Assembly (NCBI GenBank): GCA_045837725.1
Contig: JBEWZL010000276.1
Coordinates: forward strand, 124,001-188,000
Origin: Vermamoeba vermiformis
Taxonomy: Eukaryota
DNA: 64,000 nucleotides
Direction of reading: 5' to 3'
Positions 27,297-40,800 of the stretch are shown here, piece after piece. Position 1 is the first letter of the stretch, and the number at the start of each line of letters is the position of its first letter. Under the pieces are notes generated by a model. The model saw only the letters and a program-made list of their open reading frames with translations, did not search any database and was not told where the DNA came from. Position numbers and translations under genes: made by a program.

Positions 27297-30200
27297 ATGA
27301 AATATTATAAACGTAAGTTAACAGTTAATTATTAAGTGCTGTTCTAACTGGTCTGTAGTCCCGGTCGCGTTAATTATTTTTCTGGCTTTGACTTGTCAGC
27401 TCCTCACGGAAGGTAAATATTAGAAAATAGTATTAAAATATTAAAGCATATTATAGGATGCTTTGTCGACCAGTTTTTGTTACCGCACAACGCGATCTTG
27501 CCCACCATGGCAGTTGTTGGTGAAAATATTTTATTTGCCGGTGGATACATTGATAACCAACAGACGCCCACAAATATAATAGATATTTACAACCCAACTA
27601 CGAATAGATGGACCGTACATACAATGTTCAAAGCCCGAGAAGGAATGACAGCTGCAGTGGTCGGATCAACCTTGCTTCTTGCTGGCGGATGGGAAAAATC
27701 TTCCTGGAACGACAATCAACTAGTCAGATCAAGTTTAGTAGAGATAATTGACTTTCAAAACAACATTTCGTGGATGGCACATCTGAATTCCACCCGTCAA
27801 ATTTCAGCTGTTGCTGCTGGAGGAAAAGTCTTATTTTACGACAAAGCGTCACAAATTACAACAATAGATATATTTGATTTAGCGACGAATACGTCAGAAG
27901 TTGTGCAACGAGGATTTTACTGGACCGCATCTGCAGTTGGCAACGACATTCATTTCTTTACAAATTCAGAAGTAGATATTTATCATCCATCAAATAACAC
28001 CTGGACCAGCGAATCCCTCGGAATAGACATTTTAGGAGATATAATTGACTCCTTTGTAATCAAAGGTGACATTTACTTGATCACCGCGCGGAGCATATTT
28101 ATACGAAGATACGGAACGACCAGATGGCAGCTAATCAGCTTAGGCTTCGGCCATATTAGCTACCGTCTCGTCCACTATGACGTGCTATATATGATGGTTG
28201 GCCCTAGTCGCACCAAGATCAACACCGTGTTCACTTTGGACGGCCTAACGGGCAAACAACTTTCATGGGACTACGAGCCATACAACTTTGGCATTGAAGG
28301 CAGTGTTATCGCACATCAAGATAAGCTCTATTTCGTTGGTTGGTCTGCTAATGCTATTCAACGAGTGTTCCCACAAGTGCTCGTGTACGATGCCATTGAC
28401 ACGCGTCATCGATTAGTCGCATTGCCGAAGGACGACTATCAACTTCAACAAATGCACGAGCACAGAGGAAAGCTCTTTCTTGTCAACCGTGAAGCAGTGT
28501 CACCATCAGCCTTCGTCTACGACCTGTTGCTTGACAGCTGGCACTCGGTCGACTTTGATGACCCGAGAAGCGGCGTTATGATCACTTCTTCTGGCAACCA
28601 AGTCGTGTTCTACGGAGGAACATACGGCCCGTACAACGCATCCAAGTCGGTCCATGTCTACAACACCGACACAGATCTTTGGGCCCACTACAAAACCAGC
28701 GTGTCGGGTAAATTCGCCGTCGTGCGCAATGGTTGGCTCATTTTCTATGGCAACATTTACGGAGAACCAACACCGCACGTGGACGTATTTAACATACAAT
28801 CTGAGACCTGGACAGCACACTCGTTAACTAATTCAGCGTCCGACTACTTCACGGTGATATTCGACACTAAAGTAGCGCTATTGGCAAAAGATGTCATCAC
28901 GAGCATTGACGTTTTTGACACGTCAACTCAACTATGGACCGAGTTCTACCTTCAAACACCGCGCTCTGATTTCACGCACATATCAATCAACGGCATGATT
29001 TATATAGCCTGTGGCATCACTCTGGATCCAATGGCCTTCACAAACTCGCTCGAAGCGTACGACTTGAAGTCACTGCAATTCGTTTTCGAGCGAAATCTCT
29101 CTGACGCCCGTGCCAAGCCCGTGGCTGCCGTGTCATTTCCGTACGTGGTATTCGCTTGTGGGTCTCGTAATGGATTCCCAGTGTCTGCCATTGACGTGTA
29201 CAACATGGAAGATGACACGTTGCGACAAACGACTTTCAGACGTCCAGAACTCATTGGATCCGATTTTGGCATTGCATCTGTTGGCGACACAATGTACATT
29301 AGATACAACAACTACTTATGGATGCTTCGGCTGCGCACTCTCGAGCTGACACAACCTGTCGCTACGCCGTTCATGGCTGGCGGACGAAATTTCGCTATTG
29401 GCAACAACCTCGTCTTCTACGGCCAATCGGATTTTCTGGAAGTGTTTTATTTCTGGGAAACTACGACCAACGAGCACTTTCAAATGGCCACACCGTACCT
29501 CAGCGAGTACACGCAGTCCACATTAGTATGGAAGAACTTTTTGGTCATTTATTTGGGCGATCTCGTAATCATCGAACTTTCAACTGTCTGGACAGGCCTC
29601 ACAGACCGCGATTTGTTCATTGGTGAGACGACGACACTGGCTGTGGACGCTGTTGGCAATGGTCTCGAGTACTTTTGGTACCACGAGAACACCAAGCTCG
29701 AGGAAGTGCGTCCGTTCTTGTTTTTGAACACGAGCTCGCCTGATTTCAGAGAGGGCCGTTACTGGTTGGCGATCAAGGACCACTGTCGCTCGTACATGGA
29801 GTTGTACTCAAGAGTTGAACTGCTTGGTCCACCGACTTTCGAGTCACAATTAGACAATCGTACTGTGCTTTGTAACGCCACAGCACTTTTGTTCCAGCTC
29901 AATACGGACGGAAGAAACGTCAGCTTGGATTGGACGATCAACAACGAACGAAGAAGTAGCGTTGTCAACTCGACTTTTGTCCTGGATCTGCGCCCGCTCA
30001 CATGCGACTCAACCAATCAACTCTGTGCCACAGCAACAAACCCGTCAGGCTCTGTCAGCACGTGCAGTAACATTCATCTGGCTAGCTTAGGATCTATATT
30101 TAACGGTCCAAGAATGTCACCTGAACTGCAACTTCGATCGGTCGGCTCGTACGTCACACTTCGAGTTGACATTTTGGATGACAGGTGCAAAAATCACACG

Positions 30201-31839
30201 TGGTTCGTTGACTCTGAAGAGCTAGGCTCATTCGAGGCTTCATTCAGCGAGCTTGAAGTCCAGTTGGAGCGAAACGTAGAAAGTCAGAGATACATTGTGA
30301 CAACGACATGCGATGGCTCGAATTTGATGTCCGCGCCACTTATCATCACTTTGTCACCTTTACCAGCGTGGGGTCTAGCCGCCATTGTGATTCTCGGCGC
30401 TGGTATTATTGGCGGTGCAATTGCCGCTGCAGTCATTGTTCGACGAAGATTCAAGCAAGGCAAAAAGCAAGAAGTCGAGTTGAAGACAATGCTCAACAAG
30501 GCTAAGCAAGAGGTCCTGACCAAGAACGGCACCACGATTATCAGCACAACGAGTTGGGAATGGTCGCCTGATGACGAGCACATGTTCTGTCCTATCGACA
30601 AGTTGCCTGTCACCATCGACTTGTCAAACCTCGGCTTCAATCTGAGTGACCCTATTGAAGTCAATATTTGGACTCAAGGCACCATTGTCATTTCGTCCAA
30701 GAAGGCCTCAAAGAGTGCACTGCCGTTCTCGTCATTATTACACCAAAGTCTCATTGATGACGAGATTGATATCTACGTGCCGAAGTCGCCGAAGTACGAG
30801 CTAGAAGTCAATCCTCTGTCATTCAGGGTCTCTGACGGGTCAGTCACAACTCTCAACGTCTCAGCGATGATGAAAATGACGACTAAGGCGAAGATTCCGC
30901 TCGTTATTGTGATGGAAAAGAAGAAAATTTATTCATCGATTGACTTGGTCTTGCGAAGCAAACCATCGCCTTGGATCGATCTTGACAAGGTCAAACTGAC
31001 TGGTGAAGTACTTGGCCAGGGAGGGTAAGTTGACGTACATTGCATTTTACTTCCAAGTTTTTAATCGTGTTTGTAGATTTGGTGTAGTTAAGCGAGGTGT
31101 CTACAAAGGCCAAGATGTCGCTGTCAAATTGCTCTTGACGCAAGATTTGATCGACGAGACGAAGAAAGAATTTGAGCGAGAAGTGTCACTTATGAAGAAC
31201 TTGCATCACCCGAATATCATTCAATTCATCGGTGCTTCTAACGTCGAAGGCAAGCTCGCCTTGGTCACGGAGTTTGCGCCGCTTGGAAGTCTTGGAACGC
31301 TGTTGGAACGAGAGTTCATCCCGTACAACATCAAGCTTGTGATCGTGCTCGAGATTGCTCGTGCTATCAAGTTCCTTCATTCGAACAATATCATCCATAG
31401 AGACGTCAAACCACAGAACATCCTCGTGTTTTCGCTCGAGCCCAAAGCCACTGTTCACGTCAAACTGACCGACTTTGGCACGTCAAAGTTCGTGCCTGAT
31501 ACGTCCTCTGTTAACATGACAAAGTACACTGGCACTGCAAAGTACATGGCTCCCGAGACCTTCGGTGTAGATCCACGATTCACGCTCAGCGCAGACATTT
31601 ACAGCTTTGGCTTGTTAGTGTGGGAAGTCATCACCGGCCAGGATGCGTTCTCGGAGAAACAGTACATGTGGCAATCAAAAATCGAAGAATTCGTATTGTC
31701 TGGAAAGAGAATGCCTATCCCTGAAGAAATGGACCCTCGACTAGCCTCAATTATCGAACAATGTTGGGGCCAAGATCCGGCAAAGCGCCCGTCCATGACT
31801 CACGTAATTCAACAACTTTCAGCACTTGTGTACGGATAA
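27297..31839 (+). CDS. Receptor kinase 1: signal peptide, Kelch-like beta-propeller(s), Ig-like domains, TM, juxtamembrane beta domain, TKL kinase
   Basis: Signal peptide over two small exons (27297-27312, 27359-27412); FAGG..IDIYNP..W Kelch motifs; LEYFWY/GRYW and LDWT..C Ig-like domains; TM AWGLAAIVILGAGIIGGAIAAAVIV-RRR; intron 31025-31076 in GQGG|FG; HRDVKPQN, DFG, YMAPE. Confidence 0.9.
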
Positions 31840-32059
31840 ACCCGCTTGTATTGAATGGCTATGCATAGTTCCCGACCATATCATCGACGGTTAGTTTTTC
31901 CATTTTTAGGCATCCAACAAAAATAGTCAGTACAAATTTTAAATCTTAAAGAGGTTTGTTTTTATAAGCCCATTTGAACGTTTATTTACTCGATCGGGGA
32001 AGCCCATGTTTTCAACGTGCTTTTCGCAAAGGTTGACAAACGCATCCGCGCGAGCTAAT

Positions 32060-32711
32060 CTAGAACAAAGCAAGAACCGCAAGCAAGGAGGCCAAAGAAC
32101 CGATGACGATGGAGCTAGCATCAGACTTCTTGCAGAAGGCGGTAAGGTAGTCAGTGCCGATGGTGGTGCAAGTTGGACCAGCAGCAGTGGACTCAGCCTT
32201 CAAGTCGGTGCAGTTTGTACCGGTCTTGACAATAATCTCGCCCTTGCTGTTGCAAGCACCAAGACTGAAGCTGACATCACCAACCGCGTAGCACTTGTCG
32301 GTGTCTCTCACTAAACAAACTCGATCAGCAGATTCGTTTAAAAATGAAATTTATTTCCTTACCAGCCATCAAAACGTTGGAATTTTGGCACTTGTTGTCG
32401 GAGTAGCCAATAATACCGGTGTATTGGTCCTTAACAACGAGAGTCTGGGCGGCTAAGCAAGCATCCTTAACCCAGAAGTTACCTGCAGAAGTGCAAGTAG
32501 CAAGAGTAGAAGAGCAGTTGGACTATTAAAAAACCAAGGGTAGTAATATAGCGAGTGCTAGATTCAGCTGTAGACTTACTTGAACTTGGATGTAACCACC
32601 AGAAACGTTAGAATCCGAGCACTTATCATCGCCGTAGAAAGTAACGACCCAGAAGTCTGCAGAAACTGCAGCGACGGCGGCGAGGAGCAAGATGGCAAGT
32701 TTAACGTTCAT
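32060..32711 (-). CDS. Small secreted cysteine-rich protein with probable GPI-anchor signal
   Basis: Signal peptide MNVKLAILLLAAVAAVSA; 3 exons; ~9 Cys; C-terminal SDASS + hydrophobic tail IVIGSLASLLAVLALF. Confidence 0.75.
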
Positions 32712-33117
32712 TATTGTTGCGGTGTACGTTAGAACGATAAAAACTGTTGTAGCATTCATTTTTTCGTTTTTATTGTGGCCTCTCACGTGACTTTACGCAA
32801 TTCCGATTGGCTAATAACAAAAATAACGTCCGTTCCAAACAAACGATAGGCCTTACGATTGTAGCTCTAAGTAGGACCCAAGGCTCAAAGAAAAATATCG
32901 GCAGCTTTTTTAAAATGGCTTGACTCAAACATCTTAATGCTGTTAATTTCGAGTAAATAAAGATAGAGTGTTCAGACCGTCGGCAATTTGTAGCTTTCAA
33001 AATGTTTAGTACAATTTGTGGATGCGGGATCTTTTTCCGCACTCTAGAAGCTGTTCATGAACGAACAGCTACGTTGTGTATTATTTAATATTTTAGGGTT
33101 GTTAAGCGAGTAACACC

Positions 33118-36100
33118 TTATTTAATATTTGATAGTCGTTGTACAACAACATTAATTGAAGGACGTTGTTTTGGTTCGTGTTGCCAGCACTCTTCAATCA
33201 GTGCCACCAACGATGCATCAATCTCGTGCCCATGTGGGAATGGAAGGCGATTGCCTGATTTGACATGTTGTTCGATGTCTGAGTCCCATTTGAACTCTTT
33301 GAATGGCACTTGTTCGAACAACACTGACCACATCAGCACTGCAAAACTGTAAACATCTGCACTCTTGTCAATGCGTGGATTGCGTCCGAGTGCTTCTGGT
33401 GCCATGAATGCAATGGTGCCAACGTTCTTTGTGATCGTTGTGGGGTCATCAGCAATGAACCTTGATGTGCCAAAGTCAGTCAGTTTCACATGCACCGCTG
33501 CTCTTGTCTCGAGTGAGAACACGAGAATGTTTTGAGGCTTGATGTCGCGATGAATAATGCCGTTCGAGTGAAGGAACTGCAATGCTTTGGCAGTCTCCAA
33601 CAAGCACATCACTTTGAACTGAACTGACAGCGACTGTTTCTCCATCACACTTGCAAGACTGCCAAGAGGTGCGTACTCAATCACAATCGCCAAACTCTCT
33701 TTGACATTCGATGCACCAACGAACTGAACAATGTTGGGATGTCTCAAGCTCTTCATCAGTGTCACTTCTCGCTCGAACTCGATCTTCATATCATCAGTCA
33801 GATATTGACTCAGAAGCTTCTTCACGGCCACTTCTTGACCTCGATACACTCCTCGCACAACTGAACCAAATCTGTGATGAAGTGTCAGTCCGTGTCAAAG
33901 TGTCAAAAGTGTCATCACGTGTCATCACGTGTCACAACTTACCCTCCACCTCCAAGGAACTCTCCACTCATCTCAATCTCTTCAAGATCGATCCACGTTG
34001 ACATCTTACTGTCAAGTTTGAATTCGATGGCTGAGTAGATCTTTTGTTGTTCGAGCACAACGATCAGAACGACTTTGCATCTCGTTGTCATTCTCATTCG
34101 CACTGACACTGTCACTGAGTGAGATTCACCTCCTTCAACGTACAATGTCTCGGGCTCAACAGTCACTTCGTACTTGGGTGATTGAGGTGCGTAAATGTCA
34201 ATCTTCGTTCCTGAGATGAGCTTCTCTGTCAAGATAGTCGACTTCTTGGTCTTCTTTGGTGTTCGCGATGATATCTGAAGCTCTTTGTTGAAGTTCATCT
34301 CGATATCAAGTGGTTCTCCTTTCTCAACAAACTTCAGTTGTGAGGTATCGATATTGACAGGGAGACTGTCAAGTGACTTGTATGAGAAGTCTTCGCTTGG
34401 TTTCCATTGCCACGTTGTCTTGTTGATGATCGGCATCGATTCTTTCATCAACGAGTCAGTCTTTGCATTGGAGAGGAGTGCTGAGAGTTCAACTTCTTTG
34501 TCTTGGCTTTGATTCAGTTTCTTGCGCTGCAGCACAACAACGACAATGAACACTGCAACACCTAAGAACACACCAATGACCAACAACACAACACCGTAAA
34601 CTGGAAGTGGTGACACCTGCTCGAAGCTGAATCTGCGTGACTCGATGAGACTGTTGCCACATGTTGCAACTACGTAGTATTGATACATGGCCATTGAAGG
34701 TGACAACTCGACTGAGAATGTGCTGCTTCGTGTTTCTGCTTGTGTCACATTGACTCCGTTAACATACCACACATGACTCGTGCAGTCTCGTTCCAGGATA
34801 TCCACACTCAGCTCCACGGTTGTATTGGAGAACCATGTTGGTGGAGTTGTTGATGGAAGTGGTCCTCTGATCACTGAGTCGAGTTCGAGCATCTTCACTC
34901 TTGCACACGATTGTGTCTGGCCCGATGGATTGGATGCGTACGCACATACCAACGCGCGAGTGTTGCATGTAATGTGACTGGTTGACACATGAAGTGTGGC
35001 CTCGCTGGCATCGGTAACTGGGTGCCCATCAATGGTCCACGTGTACTCCACAGCCACGCCATGAGCCTCGATTGGAAGCTCCTCCACACGATCACACAAG
35101 GCTACAGAGTCTTTCAATGGAACACTGAACATTGGCACATCGTGAACTGTCAGTCTCGCTTGGTGAACAATGTGAAAGTTGCAATGATCGAGCATGTCAA
35201 CACGATACATTCCATCTGAGTGCATTGTCACATTGTCGAGGATCAGTGTGGGATTGTCATCTTGAATGGCTTGACCTTCGTGCGTCCATTGATATCGCAG
35301 TGGAGGACCTGCAGTGGTTACTGTGAAGTTGGTTGATTGGCCAATGAATAGCTCCTCGCCGTTGAACCCTTCGAGCAGCGTCGCTAATGGCATCACATAG
35401 GGTCTCGTCAGCTGTGCCTCTCCAAGATTAACCATCACATAGTTTGACACCAAGTCGCTGGCGGCTCTGCCTGTTATAGTCCCTCTCGTTGTAATGTACG
35501 TCCATTCTCCCGTCGAAACTTCGTAGATTGTGATGGATGTGCCTGATGAGCCGGGCGGTGTCATGTGCGCAACAAGCTTCGATCCAACAGCTGTCATCCT
35601 TTGCATATTAAACACGGGGAAAGGCATTGACGTGATCGCTCCAGTTTCGACTTCAACAGCTTCGATAGTCAGTGAGCGTCCGACAAATACTTTGTTGCCA
35701 ATTGTGAGTAGTACTGGCGCCGTTGAAGACAAGGTGCGCGGCAACAGGATGGTCTTCCATGTGCGGTTTGTGGTGTCAAACACGTCCAACGGCTGAGTTT
35801 GTGTCGTTACCATGCCTGTAAAGACGACGTACTTGCCCAATACAACCATTTGAATCGCATTTGCAGGCGTTGAGAGCGTCCATCTCGTCGTCGTATTGCG
35901 CTGAACGTCGATCACGTAGAAAGCGGTGACTTGGTTTGCATAAGTGTCCGTCACAAAGACAAAATTGTGTGCTACGAACAGTGCGCCAGTGATTGATTGT
36001 TCCGGGAGCGAAATGTCCTGAATAGTGGTGCTTGTCATTACGTCGAATAGAATCACGCCGTGCTGTGTTGTGGCAGCTAAAACAGTGTCATTGTAGGACG

Positions 36101-37688
36101 TGAACGTGATTGCTCCGAGCTGAAGCACTTCCAACTTGTGCGTGTTGACATTGAGCAAATGAACATTGCTGTACGTGGATGCTCGATCGAGGGCTCTTAA
36201 GGTTATGAAATCTCCAAAACCAACTACGTCGTTCAAAGCATAAATGCTCGGCAACTCCAGTCGTTCCATGCTGTGCTCGTTAAAGTCGTACAAAAAGACC
36301 AAGAACCCCTGATCTGAACGCGTAACATAAGCTAATTTGTCTCGTGTCATAGCGCGCAGTGATAAGCGAGATTCTCTGGGGTACGGATGTACTGTTGTCA
36401 CTCTCGTGTTCAAGTTGTACGTGGTTACATTTGGCTCGAGAAAGTAGAATAATGTGTCTCTTTCTGTGAATGAAACAGTTGTTCTAACATCCAGCTCGAG
36501 TCGTTGAAACGTGTACCGTAGGTCCAACATGTGAAATCTCTCTTGGCTCCCGGGCAAAACTTCGTTAAACACTACCACACCATTTGCATTGACCGCTGAA
36601 AAAAATGTATTCACATTGTGAGGCAGCACGTGATGTATCTCGAATGGCACGAACGGATTGGTGATTACGTAGCCCGTGCTGAAGCGATAAATGTTTCGAT
36701 TGATAACTACTGCCGCCCGGCCTAGGTTCATGCTTTGTTGAAATGTGTGCAGAATGCCTGTCTCTGGAGCCATTGCTGAATATACATCGACGTGTCTTAG
36801 TCCAAGCATGTATATGTAGCCATCAGAATAAACAGCAGTAATGTATGTCGCGGTAAATGTGACGTTTGAGCTGCTCAATGTCTCCAAATCAATAATTTCC
36901 ATAACTTTTCCAAACGTCGTTATAAGGAATGCGTGAGTTCCGTTTGTAACTCCCAAGTTATACGGGACCTGTCCTGCTGGCAATGGTTCAAACTCGAGTG
37001 TTGTTAAATCCATTATTAGGGTGAACGCTGGAGCATTTTGAAGGTGTCCGAATACAACTGCCTTTGACTCTCCTATGACGACGCTGCTTAGTCGATATGG
37101 TTCGGGAAGTTGTAAGCTCGTCAAACTGTTGTCATTCAGATCGTAGATCTCCAGCACTTGAACATCGCCATTTTCGTCACGGCCGCCAAAGAAAATAATT
37201 ATTAAGCCATTTGAGTCAGCTGAAATACGCCTTCGTGGTTGAGTGAGGTTGAAATAGGTCCATTCACGGGTGGAGGTGTCAAACACAGCCACTTCCGAAG
37301 AGGGTTTGTTGTCGCCATCTATTCCGCCAGCGAAGAATACTTTATCTCCTGATGCAACCAGTGTTATCTCTCTTCTTTGAATTGGTAATGACAGGGGCAA
37401 AAAGCAACCTAAAAATTACCAGATGAGCGAATCCAGCATAAAGCATTTTAAAAAAATGGACAGATACAGTAGCTTGGATATAGATGCTTTAAAACATTAA
37501 ATAATTTATCATCCGGCTTCTAGTTAGTCCGCATCTGGGTCAGACAAAACGTTTTTTTTTTGATGACCACTTACTCTTCGAAAGGCACAAAAATAATACA
37601 AATGCAATGATAGTCGTCAGTATTTTTTCTAAAATTATTAATTAAAACTCGGAATGACGATTATTGCAACCGATTATTTACCAGACAT
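33118..37688 (-). CDS. Receptor kinase 2 (Kelch/Ig/TM/TKL)
   Basis: Signal MSEKILTTIIAFVLFLCLSKS from two small exons; large exon 37408-33943; YQW..D.G.Y Ig motif; TM VYGVVLLVIGVFLGVAVFIVVVVL; intron 33872-33942 in G-loop; HRDIKPQN, DFG, FMAPE. Confidence 0.9.
33872..33942 (-). repeat. Intronic short tandem GTGTCA-core repeat (6 cores)
   Basis: gtgtcagtcc gtgtcaaa gtgtcaaaa gtgtcatcac gtgtcatcac gtgtcac; paralogous intron 38634-38694 is 10 nt shorter. Confidence 0.8.
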
Positions 37689-37879
37689 TCGTGCTTCTTA
37701 TTTCTATACCATTTGACATGTAAATAATAGTCAATTGTTGTTTGATGCATTCGCCAAACAATGGGATTGAAAATGGTTTGCGCCTGATGATTTTGACGTT
37801 TGACATTCCGACCCTGGTTTACTTGGTTGGGAGGAGCCAATTGTAACTAACGCAAACGGACGTCGAGCCGATTGAGTCA

Positions 37880-40800
37880 TTATTTAATATTTGATAGTCG
37901 TTGTACAATAACATTAATTGAAGGACGTTGTTTTGGTTCGTGTTGCCAACAATCTTCAATCAGTTTCACCAAAGATGGATCGATATCGTGCCCATGAGGG
38001 AATGGAAGTCGATTGCCTGATTTGACATGTTGTTCGATGTCTGAGTCCCATTTGAACTCTTTGAACGGCACTTGTTCGAACAACACTGACCACATCAGCA
38101 CTGCAAAACTGTAAACATCTGCACTCTTGTCAATGCGTGGATTGCGACCGAGTGCTTCTGGTGCCATGAATGCAATTGTGCCAACGTTCTTTGTGATCGT
38201 TGTGGGGTCGTCAGCGATGAACCTTGATGTGCCAAAGTCAGTCAGTTTCACATGCACTGCTGCTCTTGTCTCGAGTGAGAACACGAGAATGTTTTGAGGC
38301 TTGATGTCGCGATGAATCACTCCGTTCGAATGAAGGAACTGCAATGCTTTGGCAGTCTCCAACAAGCACATCACTTTGAACTGCACTGATAGCGACTGCT
38401 TCTCCATCACACTCGCAAGACTGCCAAGAGGTGCGTACTCGATCACAATCGCCAAACTCTCTGTGATATTCGATGCACCAACGAACTGAACAATGTTGGG
38501 ATGTCGCAAGCTCTTCATCAGTGTCACTTCTCGTTCGAACTCGATCTTCATATCATCGGTCAGATATTGACTCAGAAGCTTCTTCACGGCCACTTCTTGA
38601 CCTCGATACACTCCTCGCACAACTGAACCGAATCTGTGGTGAAGTGTAAGTTCGTGTCAAAGTGTCAAAGATGTCATCGCGTGTCACAACTTACCCTCCA
38701 CCTCCAAGGAACTCTCCACTCATCTCAATCTCTTCAAGATCGATCCACGTCGACATCTTACTGTCAAGTTTGAATTCGATGGCTGAATAGATCTTGTGTT
38801 GTTCGAGAACAACGATCAGAACGACTTTGCATCTCGTTGTCATTCTCATTCGCACTGACACTGTCACTGAGTGAGATTCGCCTCCTTCGAGGTACAATGT
38901 CTCGGGCTCAACAGTCACTTCGTACTTGGGTGATTGAGGTGCATAAATGTCAATCTTTGTTCCTGAGATGAGCTTCTCTGTCAAGATTGTCGATTTCTTG
39001 GTCTTCTTTGGTGTTCGCGATGATATCTGAAGCTCTTTGTTGAAGTTCATCTCAATCTCGAGTGGCTCTCCTTTCTCAACGAACTTCAGTTGTGAGGTAT
39101 CGATATTGACAGGGAGACTGTCAAGTGACTTGTATGAGAAGTCTTCGCTTGGTTTCCATTGCCACGTTGTCTTGTTGATGATCGGCATCGATTCTTTCAT
39201 CAACGAGTCAGTCTTTGCATTGGAGAGGAGTGCTGAGAGTTCAACTTCTTTGTCTTGACTTCGGTTCAGTTTCTTGCGTTGCAGCACGACGACGACAATG
39301 AACACTGCAACACCCAAGAACACACCAATGACCAACAACACAACACCGTAAACTGGAAGTGGTGACACTTGTTCGAAACTGAATCTGCGTGACTCGATGA
39401 GACTGTTTCCGCATGTTGCAACAACGTAGTATTGATACATGGCCATTGAAGGTGACAACTCGACTGAGAATGTGCTGCTTCGTGTTTCTGCTTGTGTCAC
39501 ATTGACTCCGTTAACAAACCACACGTGACTCGTGCAGGTTTGTTCCAGGATATCCACACTCAGCTCCACGGTTGTATTGGAGAACCATGTTGGTGGAGTT
39601 GTTGATGGAAGTGGTCCTCTGATCACTGAGTCGAGTTCGAGCATCTTCACCCTTGCACACGATTGTGTCTGGCCTGATGGATTGGATGCGTACGCACACA
39701 CCAACGCGCGAGTGTTACACGGCATGTGACTGGTTGATATGCTTAAAGTGGGAGAGGAGTTGGTATCAACTGTCACTCCGTCAATGGTCCACGTGTACTC
39801 TACAGCCACGCCATTGGCTTCAATCGGAAGCTCCTCCACACGATCACACAATACCACAGAGTCTTTCAATGGGACACTGAACATTGGCACATCGTGAACT
39901 GTCAGTCTCGCTTGGTGAACAATGTGAAAGTTGCAATGATCGAGCATGTCAACACGATACATTCCATCTGAGTGCATTGTCACATTGTCGAGGATCAGTG
40001 CGGGATTGCCATCTTGAATGGCTTGCCCTTCATGGGTCCATTGATATCGTAGTGGAGGACCTGCAGTGGTCACTGTGAGGTTGGTTGATTGGCCAATGAA
40101 TAGCTCCTTGCCGTTGAACCCTTCGAGCAAGGTCGATAACGGCATTATGTAAGGTGTCGTGCGTTCTACGTTGACAAAAAGATAGTTCGAAACTGTGCCA
40201 ATCAACGAGTCAATAGATGGTAACGTAAGGAAGGTCCAGTCTCCTGTTGTAACTTCGTAGATTGTGACGGTGACGATGCCTACGCCAGGCGGATGTGATT
40301 GTACAATAAGCTTCGAGCCCAAAGTGGTCATTGTCGCTAAGTCGGAGACTGGGAAAGGAAGTGTTGTGATGGCGCCTGTCTTGACATCGACTGCATCGAT
40401 TGTAATTGATCGGCCAATGAATAGTTTGTCGCCTATTGCAGCTAGTATCACTCTGTTTGAGTACAATGTGCGAGGCAGCACAACAGATCTCCACGTGAGG
40501 TGCGTCGTGTCGAACAACTCCACGGGTTGAGTTTGCGTCAAGCTCAGTCCTGTAAAGGCTGCGTAGTTGCCAACCACTGCCATTTGTAGTCTTGACATAG
40601 GTGCTGCGAATTGGTGTGTTCTGATGTTGCTACTCCGAACATCAATCGTGTACGCCAAGTCTCCGTCCATTCGCGTTGCAAACAGAACGTCATTAGCCGC
40701 ATGAATCGAAGTCCATTGCCCATTAATGGGAAACTCGCGCAACGCTCTTCTTTCCACAACATCGTATAGAACAACGCTGGATGAAGCTAGCACGGCCAAA

